This document shows positions 52,263 to 63,800 of a DNA stretch of 64,000 bases, in pieces (within the stretch, counting starts at the first letter, position 1; every line of letters begins with the position of its first letter). Made by a program: the position numbers and the translations under genes. Source of the DNA: Azolla caroliniana (Eukaryota; Plantae; Polypodiophyta); the NCBI GenBank assembly GCA_043228905.1, contig JBHGNT010000003.1, positions 15,996,001 through 16,060,000 on the forward strand, in the 5' to 3' direction. The notes under the pieces are model-generated. The model searched no databases, was not told the DNA's origin, and saw only the letters and a list, made by a program, of their open reading frames with translations.

Positions 52263-55200
52263 GCTTGGCGCCTTTTCTCGATTCCCACGCATGCACGTCG
52301 TGTACTATTATAGTAGTCGGTTGACACATGGTGGGCTTTTAAAGAGGCTTTAATTAGCCACCAACCACATACCTTTTCAAAAGTGCTCATTCGCTCCTCG
52401 CGTATGCATGATGATTTTTTTTTTTAGTTTTTAGTTTTTTTTTGTAGCATTAGTCCTGATTATCTGGTAACACCGGCTCCTCTTCGTTACCGGCCAATTG
52501 CTTGCCGCTTCCAGTTACCGCGTTGGTCTCCACCTGATGGAACGAGTTTGGTGGCATGGGCCCGTAATAGGGTTTAAGCCAAAACCCATTTACCCATTTG
52601 TCCAGTACTTCGCCGGCAAGTGTGCCTAACTGGTAAGAATCGTTGAACTCTCGCGTGATCAAGTATGGTCCAGTCCACCGGAACCATAGCTTGCCCGACA
52701 TCTTACCCATCCGGGTCTGAAACACGAGCACCGGCTTGCCGATTCTGAACAACTTCTCATTGCCCTTTTGGTGCCGGTCGATGAATGCCTTCCTTCGTCG
52801 CTACTCCAGTTCCAACTACATGATACTCGCTATTCGGTGCTCTTCCAGCTCACATAGTGCTGCCAATCGGATTTTCTCTGATTCCTTTTCACTTAGTCGC
52901 TCCCGGAACTGTATCCGTAAGCTCGGTACTTGAAATTCAATCGGCATCACCGCTTCTAGTCTGAATGCTAACTGGAATGGTGTCGTCCTGATGCCCGTTT
53001 TATACGCCGTCCGGTAAGCCCATAATGCACTGTGCAACTTCGTGTCCCAATCGGTCCGGTTCTCGTTGACAATCTTCTGGAGGATGTTTTGTAGTGTCTT
53101 GTTGGTGGACTTGGCTAGTCCATTGGCCTACGGGTAGTACGGAGTGCTGCGCTTGTGTACTACCGAGTAGAACGTTGTAAGGCTCTCAACTACTTGACCG
53201 AGGAAGTATCCACCCTAGTCGCTAATTAATTTGATTGGACATCCATAACTGCACCAGATATACTCGTAAAGGAACTTCGTCGTTGATGCCGCGATATTGT
53301 CTCGCAAAGCCTTGTCCTCTACCCACTTGGTGCGATAATCCGTAGGGACAATGACGTATCTGTTGTCGGTTCGCATGGTTGTCCTCTGGCGACTCCGCAA
53401 TGTGCTTCCTATAATATGGTGTCATTTTCATCGCTCCGCACCGATCTCCGCCATATTCCATCGGCTCCCTTGTGGTATAGGGTGTCCTGTAATAAACAAA
53501 AATTTCGGCTTTGGACCGCCAATTGTTTCTGCTCCTCTTTGTTCATCTCTTCCGAAGGTAGTCCCATGCTTAAGAACTTATGCATGTTCATTAGCCATTT
53601 GTCCTCGTCCGGAACTGTACTATCCGTCGTGGTTTTTGTTGTAATTTTAAACATTTCGGCATCCGAAAACTCATCTGGTATGCCGTCACCGGTCTCGCCG
53701 GTTTCTAACAGGCTCAAATAGTCAGCAACCGCGTGGTTTATACCCGGTCGGTGATAAACTTCGAACTCGAATTCTTATAGTAGCAATGTCCACCGGGCCA
53801 GCTTACCTATGAGGGATGCCTTAAAGAACAAGTATAAAAGTTCGAAATGGTCTACGTGAAATGAAAATTTATGGCCCAACAAATAGTGTCAGAACTTTGT
53901 GACACTATAAATCATCCCCAAGGCCTTTCTTTCTGTTGTTGAGTAATTTCGTTCCGCTTGTGACAGTTTCCAATTCGTATAGTATACCGGCCGGTACCAC
54001 TTGGGTTCAGTCAACTGCATAAGTGTGTTGTCGATTGCTATGTCGAACGCGTCGACGAACACATGAAACTCTTTGGACTAGCCTGGGGGTTGTACTACCA
54101 GTGCTTGCGATAGTAGTACTTTTAACGGTAAGTGTCATCCTCTGTAGCCGTCCATTGAAACGGTGTCTGGTGAACTGCAGCATGCAGCGGTGTTGCAAGA
54201 TCTGCCAAATACCAGAGCATCCGACTATGCCACCGGATTTGTCCTAAGAATTTTCTTAATGCTTTGGCCGTCGTTGGTGACGGTGCCTCCAGAATTGCCT
54301 TGACTTTTTCAGGGTCTACCGCTATCCCGTCCTTGCTGACAATATGGCCAAATAGCGTAGCACTAGCCACCCCGAACACACACTTTGCCAAGTTCAAGCT
54401 TAACCGGTACCCCCTGCATTTCTCTAGGCATAACCGGAGATGGTCCAGGTGTTCCCCTTGCCGGCTATACAACGCGAAGTCATCTAGGAACACCTGCATA
54501 AACGCCGGGATGAACTCTCCAAATATTTCCATGACTATCCGCTGAAAGGTAGCCGGTGCCATCTTGAGTCCAAACATCATCACTACAGCAACAAAAACTC
54601 CCCACTCGGTAACGCACACCGTCTTTTCTTGGTCATCGGGGTGCATCCGTATTTGATTGTAACCGCTGAATTCGTCTAAGAAGTTATATACCTCATGACC
54701 GGATACCGCGTCCAAAACTCCATCCGTGAATGGAAGTGTAAAGGCTTCGGTCACCGTCGCGGCATTTAGTTTCCGGTAATCGATGCACACCCGGATCTTC
54801 CCGTTCTTCTTCAGCATGACGATTATCGGACTCAACCATGTGGCTTTCTTTACTAGCTGGATAAAACCGACATAGAGTAACTTGTCAATCTCTTCTTTTA
54901 CCCTTGCCGCATAATTAGGGTTCATTCGGTAGCGCCTTTGTGCTACCGGTTTGGCATCTTTGTTGAGATGTATCTGATGTTGATACAGCTGCAGATCCAG
55001 CCCTCACATATCCTGATAGGACCAGGCAAATATGTCCCGGAATTCTTTCAATAATGTAATCATTGTTGTTTTCTTTTCCGGTGACATTTCTTTGGCAATA
55101 TATATACTGGTCGTGCTTCCTCCAGTTCCCAAGTTTACTTCCTCTAGCTGGGACGTCTTCACCCTTTGAGATACCGCCATTTCCTGTTCCCGAGCCTCCT

Positions 55201-55396
55201 GTGGTTGATGTAGTTCTCTAATGGCATCTCTATCTAATTCCTCTCCGACATCTTCCCGTTGTGCAATATACAGAGAGACTGCTTTGGCCACATCTATTTT
55301 GAACAAGGGTACGATTTTTGGATTATCTTCAAGATACTGATCAACTTCCTCATCGGCGAGCCCTTCCAATGTATTAACACTTTCAGCATATAACAG

Positions 55397-56345
55397 TGTC
55401 GTAGGGTCTCTCCGGATAGGACATGGAGTACCCAGTGAGAACCGGAAGGAGGAACCGATAAGGACCGAAACCGGTAAGGAGAACCAGCAATAGTCGGATG
55501 AAGAAGGCCGGTGAGAATCGGTGAGAAATGGGCAAGGAGGACCCGGTAAGGATAACCGAATGGAATCGGATGAAGGAGGAATCAGCAAGGAAGACCCGGT
55601 AAGGAGATCCGGTGAGAACCGAATGAAGAAGACCGGTGAGAGTCTCTCACCGGATGAAGAGACATATTTGTAAATAGAAGAAAGTATAAAAATATATATT
55701 ACATGAATAGGGAAAAATTCGAACATTGCACCTCCATGTTAATAATGTGAAACCTTACCATTACACTAGCATTTCATTAGTGTTAAAAAGTAGACGTCCC
55801 ACATAGAAAGCTAAGTTCACCTAGGATAAACTTTAGTTAAAAGAAAAACGCATGCTAAAAGAAAAAGCTACGCATGCACATCTAGCGTGCATGAACGCTA
55901 TAGTCGATAAAAAACGCACAAGTTAGAAAAAGCATGATCACTTTAGATAAAGCATATAGTCTATCTATAGGAAAAGCATGGAGTCTATAGTTAGAGGAAA
56001 AGCATGGATTACTAAGACTCCCTCATCACTACATAAGGATGGGGAGCACAATGTAAGGGGGTGTGTGAAAAATATTTGGGAAATTGGATATATTTCCTAA
56101 AACACCACCAATTAATATAATATATTTGTAGGATTCACGAATTTTGTGATCAAAATTGTCTCTTACTATCTAAATATTGATTAAATACACTAAACTCGTG
56201 GGATTCACGAGATTCATAACTTACCATCTTTCTAATAATCTATCCATAACTATCAACTTGTCTCAAATTCTTCCTCCTCCTAGTCCAAAACCCCAGCGGT
56301 TCCCACCCGACTCACGCAAACGATTTGACATCGAAAGGCACGACA
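55397..56345 (+). mobile_element. 949-bp solo LTR (TGTCGT...ACGACA) inserted between PR and RT
   Basis: Splits host codons KELTPL|YAES. 4-bp TSD ACAG/ACGG. 5' part made of ACCGG-rich repeats. Antisense tRNA-like module at 55714-55768. Confidence 0.85.
55714..55768 (-). other. tRNA-derived A/B-box module in solo LTR U3
   Basis: Consensus A box TAGTGTAATGG-32 nt-TGTTCGAAT, then a T-run. Confidence 0.7.
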
Positions 56346-59300
56346 ACGGTGTTAGCTCTTTGTCGGTTCCGGTTTGTGGATGTGTCGGTACCCGTACTTT
56401 GATTTTGCCTTGTCGGAACGTAATCACGTTCTTTCGCCAATTTTGCTTAATGTGCGTCGTCCGCAACTATGGTTGTCCAAGCAATAGTGGGTAAGCCCCT
56501 TGGGTATTTAACTAGAGAACCACCGCGGAAATGCGGACTGCATGTCCTCCAATTGTTACCTCCAGATCTTGTATTAAACCGATGGATCTTACCGAACTCG
56601 TATCTGCCATCCGGAGCCAAAACGGGCAAGGCTCCCACTCCTAGATTCCCAGGGTGTCACAAATACGGAGGCTAATTACATTGACGCCCGATTCTCTATC
56701 GACGATCGTCCCTGGTAGCTCGCGTCCTTTGAGAATGGCAATGATTGCTAGACTGCTTGTGTCCACCACTGTCGACCCTTGCTCTGGGTCGGAAAAGAAA
56801 GCCGGAGCCGACGACAAGTCTGGTGGTGTTATTGCCGATTTCAGCCCATCCGTGAACCGGGGTACTAATTGTAGTAGTCGGCCTAATGGCAACATAATTT
56901 GACATTCCTGTAACGCCTTCCATGTTAGGTTTTCTGACTGTATTGTGTCGGTGAGCTTTGCTAGTGCCTCCTTTTGTTGTTTGACTTCAGCTGCATTCCA
57001 CTCATTCACCTTCTCTACCCATTCAGTGGCCTATTTCCGGATAGCCTCTTCTGCTTCCCACTCTGTCATCATTCCTTTTGACATGGTGGTGACTTGTTGT
57101 ATATACGCGACCTCTGCTACCACCATATTGATTGCCAATCGTTTTTCATTACTTTTTACTAGACATTGGTTGTTGTAATGGCCTTCCTATCGGTAATTAT
57201 AACAATACGTTTTCCGGGTATTGCTGGATTCTACTTTTGGCCTGGTACTTGGTTGAAATCCTCTTGCCAGTTGATTAGGCTCTTCCGTTCTTCTTTGTTC
57301 TGGCTGGGTGCCACTTAAGCCTCTCTCCGACTCTCATGGGTATTCCTTCGCTAGTTCCCGACGCTCCTCCTTTCAAGTGTTTCGTTTCTTATTAAAACAT
57401 TGGTGGTTCTTGTATCCTTGTCGGCAGCGATCTTCGTAATCCCCGCGCTGATCCTCTCTCCTCCGTTTGTAACTTGGAGAGTGATCACGATCAGAACGGT
57501 CACCATTATAACCCTGGTACTTGTCGTACCGGTTGCAGTCATAAGTGTCCCTTCTGTCGTTGTACCGGACATCTTGTACTGGCTGGTAATGCTCGTCTCG
57601 ATGCCAATGTTCTTCTTCCTCTTCCCAGTCTCTTCGGGTATCGATTTCTCTTACCGGTGCTACTTGTTGGTTCAATAAGTTATATTCGCATTGGTCCAGT
57701 TTGTGTGACTTGGAATGTGACCGCATGGTACATTCTATTGCAGAGTGCCCGACATTGAGACATGTCGTACATTGTATAGCTTGTCGAAAACATAGGTCTT
57801 CTTCTGTCGATCGTGCTGGCGCGGAAATCAATGACTGTGCACGTTGTATGCAGGGGTTCACAGAGTGCTGCTAGGAATATTGCTTTAGCCTCTGCTTCCG
57901 GTGGTGCCCGACTTAGTTGCCTGTGCATCCGCTGGAACCAGATTACGAATTGTTGAATGGTTTCCATAGGTTCCTGCCGTATGGTGTAGAATAGGCCGAC
58001 CATCTCTCGTTGATCCACCTCCTTGTTGAAGAATTGTAAAAATCTGGTTTTCAAGTCCTCAAACATAGTGATGGTGCCGGGAAGGTGCGTCAAGTGCCAT
58101 CGTGTGGTTGGTCCTTCCAAAGTCATGCCGAACTCTACAATCTTCGATCGTTCTGCTTCGACCGCTTTTAAGCGTTGCGACACATGGTTTGCTTCCCATG
58201 TTTGTAGAAATGCATACACATGGGCTTCCGCATCCGGATCATCCCAGTACCTGGGATATTGGAATGGCATATCGTTGTCTGGTGTTGGAACTCGAGCTAG
58301 TGGGGACGGAGGTCTCTCCTCCTCTTCTGTTGGAGGCGGTGTCAGAGGTCTTTCCTTCTCTTTTTCCGGCGTCAAAGGTCTTCCCTCCCCCTCCTTCTAA
58401 GGCTCGCATGGCGGTGTCAGAGGTTGATCCACCTCGTGCCTTCCTGAAGCTTCCAGTTCTGTTATCGTCGGATCCGGTGTCGGTATATTATCCGATTCCT
58501 CGTCCTCCTGTCCGTTTGGGGTATCGTGACTACTGTGGTAATTTGAATGTGCGTTGTACTCGCCGTCTGAATCTGATTCAAACGCGGAAAATGGTTCCGA
58601 ATCGCCTTCTCCCGCAGCTAATGCCTGCAGGATCGATTCTGCTTCCTTCAGACTACTTAAACTGCTTCCTTCGTCTGAATAGGAATTTTGCTGCAACCAG
58701 AGTGACTCCGCGGCCACTTGCCAGATCACCTTTGAAAAGGATCGATCCACACGTATTTCGTCGGCCGCCTAGTGGTACACTTCGCGCTTCCGTAATCTTT
58801 CGGCAAATCATCTCGCTCGCTCCATTGCTAGGTCATTTGTTGGTCTAGTCATCCATGCCCCCCGCTATTCACTGCGCTTGAGCAGGAATCGTGGTCGCCA
58901 AAAACTATGTTATTCCTTGGGCAGGACGAGCCCGAACATAGGGTGTCCCTCTAAGACACTTCACCAAAGGGTGGTGCAAATGGGGTAGGTGTAGACCGTG
59001 ATACAAACATATTCCTAACCAGCTACTAACCGGCTTGGTTAAGGATCGTAATACACGTGTAAGATAGATTCAATTAAGCCCAGAACGGTAATTAACTAAA
59101 GCTTCCAAGATTAAACAAGATGTAGAACAACACTTTCATTAATAAACTACAATCTCATTACAATCTAATTGGGTCCTTTTATAGGTCACCGGCTCTGGGT
59201 ACGAACCAGTGCCAACTGGCAATCGGCTACGAAACCAGTCTAGATCCGGATAGGCATACCGATTCCAGGTCCGTCCATTTGCTTCTCAAAATATAATAAT

Positions 59301-60743
59301 TATAGATAGTTCTAAATTAATTATCCCTTTCCCATTCTGGACTTTATCCGGCTTTTAAGTCTTTCCCGGTCAACAGGTCCGGTTCAGAGCCTTCTTCAGC
59401 ATTCGAATCTTGCCTTGGTCTCGTCTAACGATCAACATATCATCCATATATAGGAGGAGTATCAGGAAATCTCCTCTGTCAAATTTTTTCACAAACACGT
59501 AGTGATTGGCTTGCGTTTTGTAGTACCATTGCCAGGGAGCTTGCTTCAGTCCGTATAGGCTCTTCTTCAGCCGGCACACCAGGTGCTCCTTCCCTTTCTT
59601 CTCAAATCCTTTCGGTTGATGCATGTAGATTTCTTCTTCGAGGTCGCCATGTAGGAATGTCGTCTTGACGTCCAGTTGCTCTACCTCGAGGTTCATGCTT
59701 GCCGCTATGCCCAATATCGTCCGGATAGAAGTCATCTTTACTACTGGGGCAAAGATCTCATCGAAGTCCACTCCTTTCTTCTGTTGGAAACCCTTCACCA
59801 CGATTCGGGCCTTATACCTGGGTGGATTTCCGGCATCTCCCGGTTTCAACTTATACACCCACTTGTTCCGGAGTGCTCTCTTCCCTTTCGGCAACTCCAT
59901 CAGTTCATATGTGTGGTTCTCATGTAGGGAATCCATCTCATCCTGCATGGCACTCAACCATTGCGGCTGTGGGTGTCTCTCTTTGCTTCTTCAAAGCTTT
60001 CCGGCTCCCCCTCATCGGTTAGCAACACATGCTCTGCATCCAGAAATCTCTGGGTGGCTCTTCTCTCTCAGAGGGGATATCTCTGTCCTTGGTTTCTAAC
60101 TGTCGATTCCTCCGTTTGTTCTGAATCCGAATCCGATTCGGGATCTTGTCCGATTCCGATGTCTTCTTCTTCTTCGGTCAGTTCAATTTCTTGTCCATAT
60201 CCGGCCGGTTCGTCGAGTGTCATCCGGTTACCAGCTAGCATCCGGTTTTCAATCAGGTGGGTCCTTGTGTCCTCAAGTCGGTTTTCATTGAATGATCTGG
60301 AGTTCATCACCTTCTTCTCCGACTCCCAGTTGTCGTGACTCTTGAGTAGGAAGCAGAGAGAGAGCGATGGCGAGAGCGGTAGAGATAGCGATAGTGATAG
60401 CAAAAGAGAGTGAAAAAGGGAGAGAGTGCGAGAGAGAGAAAAGTATAAGTGAGAGATAAGAAATGGGAATGAGAATATATTATGAGAAAGAAGATTACAA
60501 GGAGTAGGCTAAGGGCTAAAGACTGGTGTTGAACCGAATGAGTTGTGATGAGTGTATGGACTCTTATTTATAGGCCCTTATGGAGTATTCTAGAATGTTC
60601 TAGAATATTTTAGATATTTATGAATAATAATAATAATAAATATAATCATGAAATATTCAAGAACATTCTAGAATAATCTAGAATGTTCTAAATATCTCGT
60701 AATAACTAAACATATAATTATTATGATTACATCTCACATATGT

Positions 60744-60806
60744 TATTACAATGGTTAAAGTACAATATGTAAACCAAGAGGTTATGGGTTCGATTCCTGG
60801 TTCGCC
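60744..60806 (+). other. tRNA-derived A/B-box module in chromovirus LTR U3
   Basis: TATTACAATGG-32 nt-perfect B box GGTTCGATTCC (60787-60797), followed by ...TTCGCCA. Confidence 0.72.
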
Positions 60807-60841
60807 AAGATGAATGTCATGATAAGCCAAGATGTATGTCT

Positions 60842-63800
60842 TCATGACATTATCCCCCCTTTTCGATGACGAGTTGCACGAGTCGGAAGAAAAGAGTTCA
60901 GACTTGGTTTATGAGGATATTGGTTGTGAAATGCAACAACCATGTCGGAGGCATTGGCAAGATGTTCGGCAGGCTCCCATGTTCGATCATTAGGTGTATA
61001 GCCTAACCAATCAACCAAGTAGTATAGTTTGTTGCGAATGATCTTGGAGTCGAGGATAGCGGCAACCTCATATTCAGAGCCATTGGAAACGTCAATTGGA
61101 GGTGGGGGAGGTGTAACACGACCCGGAATAGAGCTCGTTGTGTAGGGCTCCAAAAGTGAAACATGGAAGACCGGGTGAAGACGCATATGAGGAGGAAGAT
61201 CAAGACGAAATGTCACATCATTGATCTTACCACTTATGACATATGGGCCAAAACGTTGATAATCCAATTTGTAGCAAGGTCGGGTCGTTTTAATGCTACC
61301 TTGTAAGAGCCATACACGATCGCCTACTTGAAATGTAGTCGATGAATCACGCCGATGACGGTCAGCAATCTTCTTTTGAGTGTTTTGGGCTTCACATAAA
61401 TGATGCAAAAGCATATCCTGAACTTCTTGGAGTCGAGTGAGCCGATCTTCAGCAGCTGGGTTTTTTGGGAGTTCAGGATGTTCAAGCATCGTCCAACGAG
61501 GATGGTACCCAATGTTTGCAAAAAATGGGGAATATCCAGTAGAAGAATGCTCGGAGTTGTTATAAGCAAATTCTGCCAAAGGTAGTAAATCCACCCAATC
61601 ATCTTGTTGATAGTTGACAAAACAACGTAGATATTGCTCGACTGTTTGGTTGGTGCGCTCACTCTGCCCATTAGTCTCTGGATGGTAGCCGGAAGAGAGT
61701 TTACAAGAAGTATGTAAGAGTTTGAACATGTGCCGCCAAAATTTCGAGATGAATTGGGGACCCCGATCACTGATAATATCATCCGGAAGACCATGATGGC
61801 GAAACACCTCCCGCATGAGTAAATCAGCTGTCTCTTGACTAGTAATGGTCTTTGTGCATGGAAGGAAATGTGCCATCTTCGTAAAACGATCGACAACTGT
61901 GAGAATCGAATCAAATCCCTTGGAAGGTGGAAGATCCGTAATAAAGTCCAAGGAAATAGATTTCCATGGGCTCTCCGGAATAGGCATTGGCTGTAATAAG
62001 CCATATGGATGATGTCGAGGCTTTTTTGATCGGCAACATGTATCACAGCTACGAACATAATCCGTAACAAAATGGCGAAGCCGTGGCCACCAATATCGGC
62101 GAGAAATCAACTCAAAAGTCTTGTGGATGCCGAAGTGTCCCGCCATTGGTGTGTCATGACATTGTTGCATGACTTTGAGTCGAGAAGGACCGTCAGGCAC
62201 ATACAAGAGAGTTTGTCGAAAAAGTAACCCATCATGCCAACTAAACTGGGTGTAGTCTAGACGAGGATTTTGAGTTTGGGAGCTAGATGCACGATTTGGG
62301 ATAATATGGCTCAAAACCTCTTGGGCGAACGCCTCAGTCGCAATCTGCTCACGAATGGAATCAAGAAGCCTTGAATCTCCCGGTGTGTTGATGGTATGCA
62401 TTGCCATTATTCGTAGACGATCAGGACCTAAGAGGATTTGCTTTTGGCTTTCAAATGCGGCCTCTCCAGGTTGAAGTTCCATATACGAACGTCTAGATAA
62501 AGCATCTGCTTTTCCTTGTTGCATCCCAGGGCGATATAGAATTACAAAATCGAAACGAGTTAAGAACTGCGCCCAACGAGCTTGTCGTCGATTCAAGACT
62601 CGAGCACTTTGAAAGTATGTTAGATTTTTATGATCATTGTAGACAATAATCTGCTGAGAAGAACCCTCCAGAAAATGATGCCATTGTTGAAAAGAATCCA
62701 CAATGGCAAGAAGCTCTTTGTCGTGAATCTCATAGTTGATTTCTGCGGCTTCAAATTTTCGTGAGTGAAAAGCCACCGGGTGCAGTTCACCATCATCACC
62801 AATTTGGGATAGTACACTTCCGAGTGCGAAATCCGATGCATCAGCTTCAAGTATAAAGCGCCTCATTGGATCGACATGGATTAAGATTGGTGCGGATGTA
62901 AATGCTTGCTTTAAACCCTCAAATGCAGAGTTCGCATCTATACTCCATACAAATGGTCGATTCTTGTGCGTCAGTTGAGTGAGGGGCAACACAATTTTTG
63001 AATAATCTTTGATGAACTTGCGATAAAAGTTTGCGAACCCCAAAAAACATTGCACATCTCGCACGGACTGTGGTGTTTGCCAATCCAAAATTGTTTGAAC
63101 CTTTGATGGATCCATAGAGATGCCATTTGAAGAGACTATGTACCCCAAAAACTCCACTTGACATTGGTCGAAACTACACTTCTCCAATTTTGCATAGAGA
63201 CCATACTCTCGTAGCCGTTGCAAAACTTGGCGAACATGTATATCATGTTCTTCTTGAGTTTTTGAGTAGATCAAGATATCATCCAGGTAAACAATGATGA
63301 AGATATCGAGGAAGTCTCGAAAAATATCATTTGCCATATGTTGGAAGACTGCTGGTGCATTCGTGAGGCCAAAAGGCATCACTGTGTACTCAAAATGACC
63401 ATAGCGAGTGCGGAACGCCGTCTTCCATTCATCCCCAGGACGAATTCGAACAAGGTTGTAGGCACCTCGAAGATCTAACTTCGTGAAATACTTTGCTTCA
63501 CTGAGGCGTTCTAGAAGGCTTGAGATCAATGGGAGAGCATATCGGTTTCTAACGGTCACTTTATTCAAGCCTCGATAATCCACGACCATACGAAGCGTAC
63601 CATCTTTCTTCTTAACGAAAAAGATGGGTGCACCAGCAGGAGATTTTGAATGTTGGATAAAACCATTTGCCAAGTTCTCATTGATATATTCTCGAAGAAC
63701 CTCTAACTCCGTGGGCGAAAGATTATAAATTGGTCCCCATGGAGGCTCTTTTCCTGGCTGCAAATCAATTGGGCAATCATATGGTCGATGCTCTGGTAGT

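Larger units (their letters stand above)
48698..59375 (-). mobile_element. Non-chromovirus (Athila/OTA-related) Gypsy element with an extra 3' ORF
   Basis: LTRs 48698-49156 and 58908-59375 (TGTT...CAACA). TSD GGTCC. PBS TGGCGACCAC (58891-58900, tRNA-Arg-like), 7 nt from the LTR. Gag 57350-58850, PR 56641-57009, RT 54122-54925 (YNQIRM, FLDD), RH, INT with GPY motif 52450-53700. No additional RNase H seen. Confidence 0.9.
47246..60330 (-). mobile_element. Degenerate Tork-like Copia (3' LTR 47246-47779; RH/RT 47790-48697 and 59376-60330), split by one Gypsy and cut by another
   Basis: LTR ends GGGACCGATTTCCCAACA. PPT at 47780-47791. RT fragments nearly identical to 17815-18860. Confidence 0.88.
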
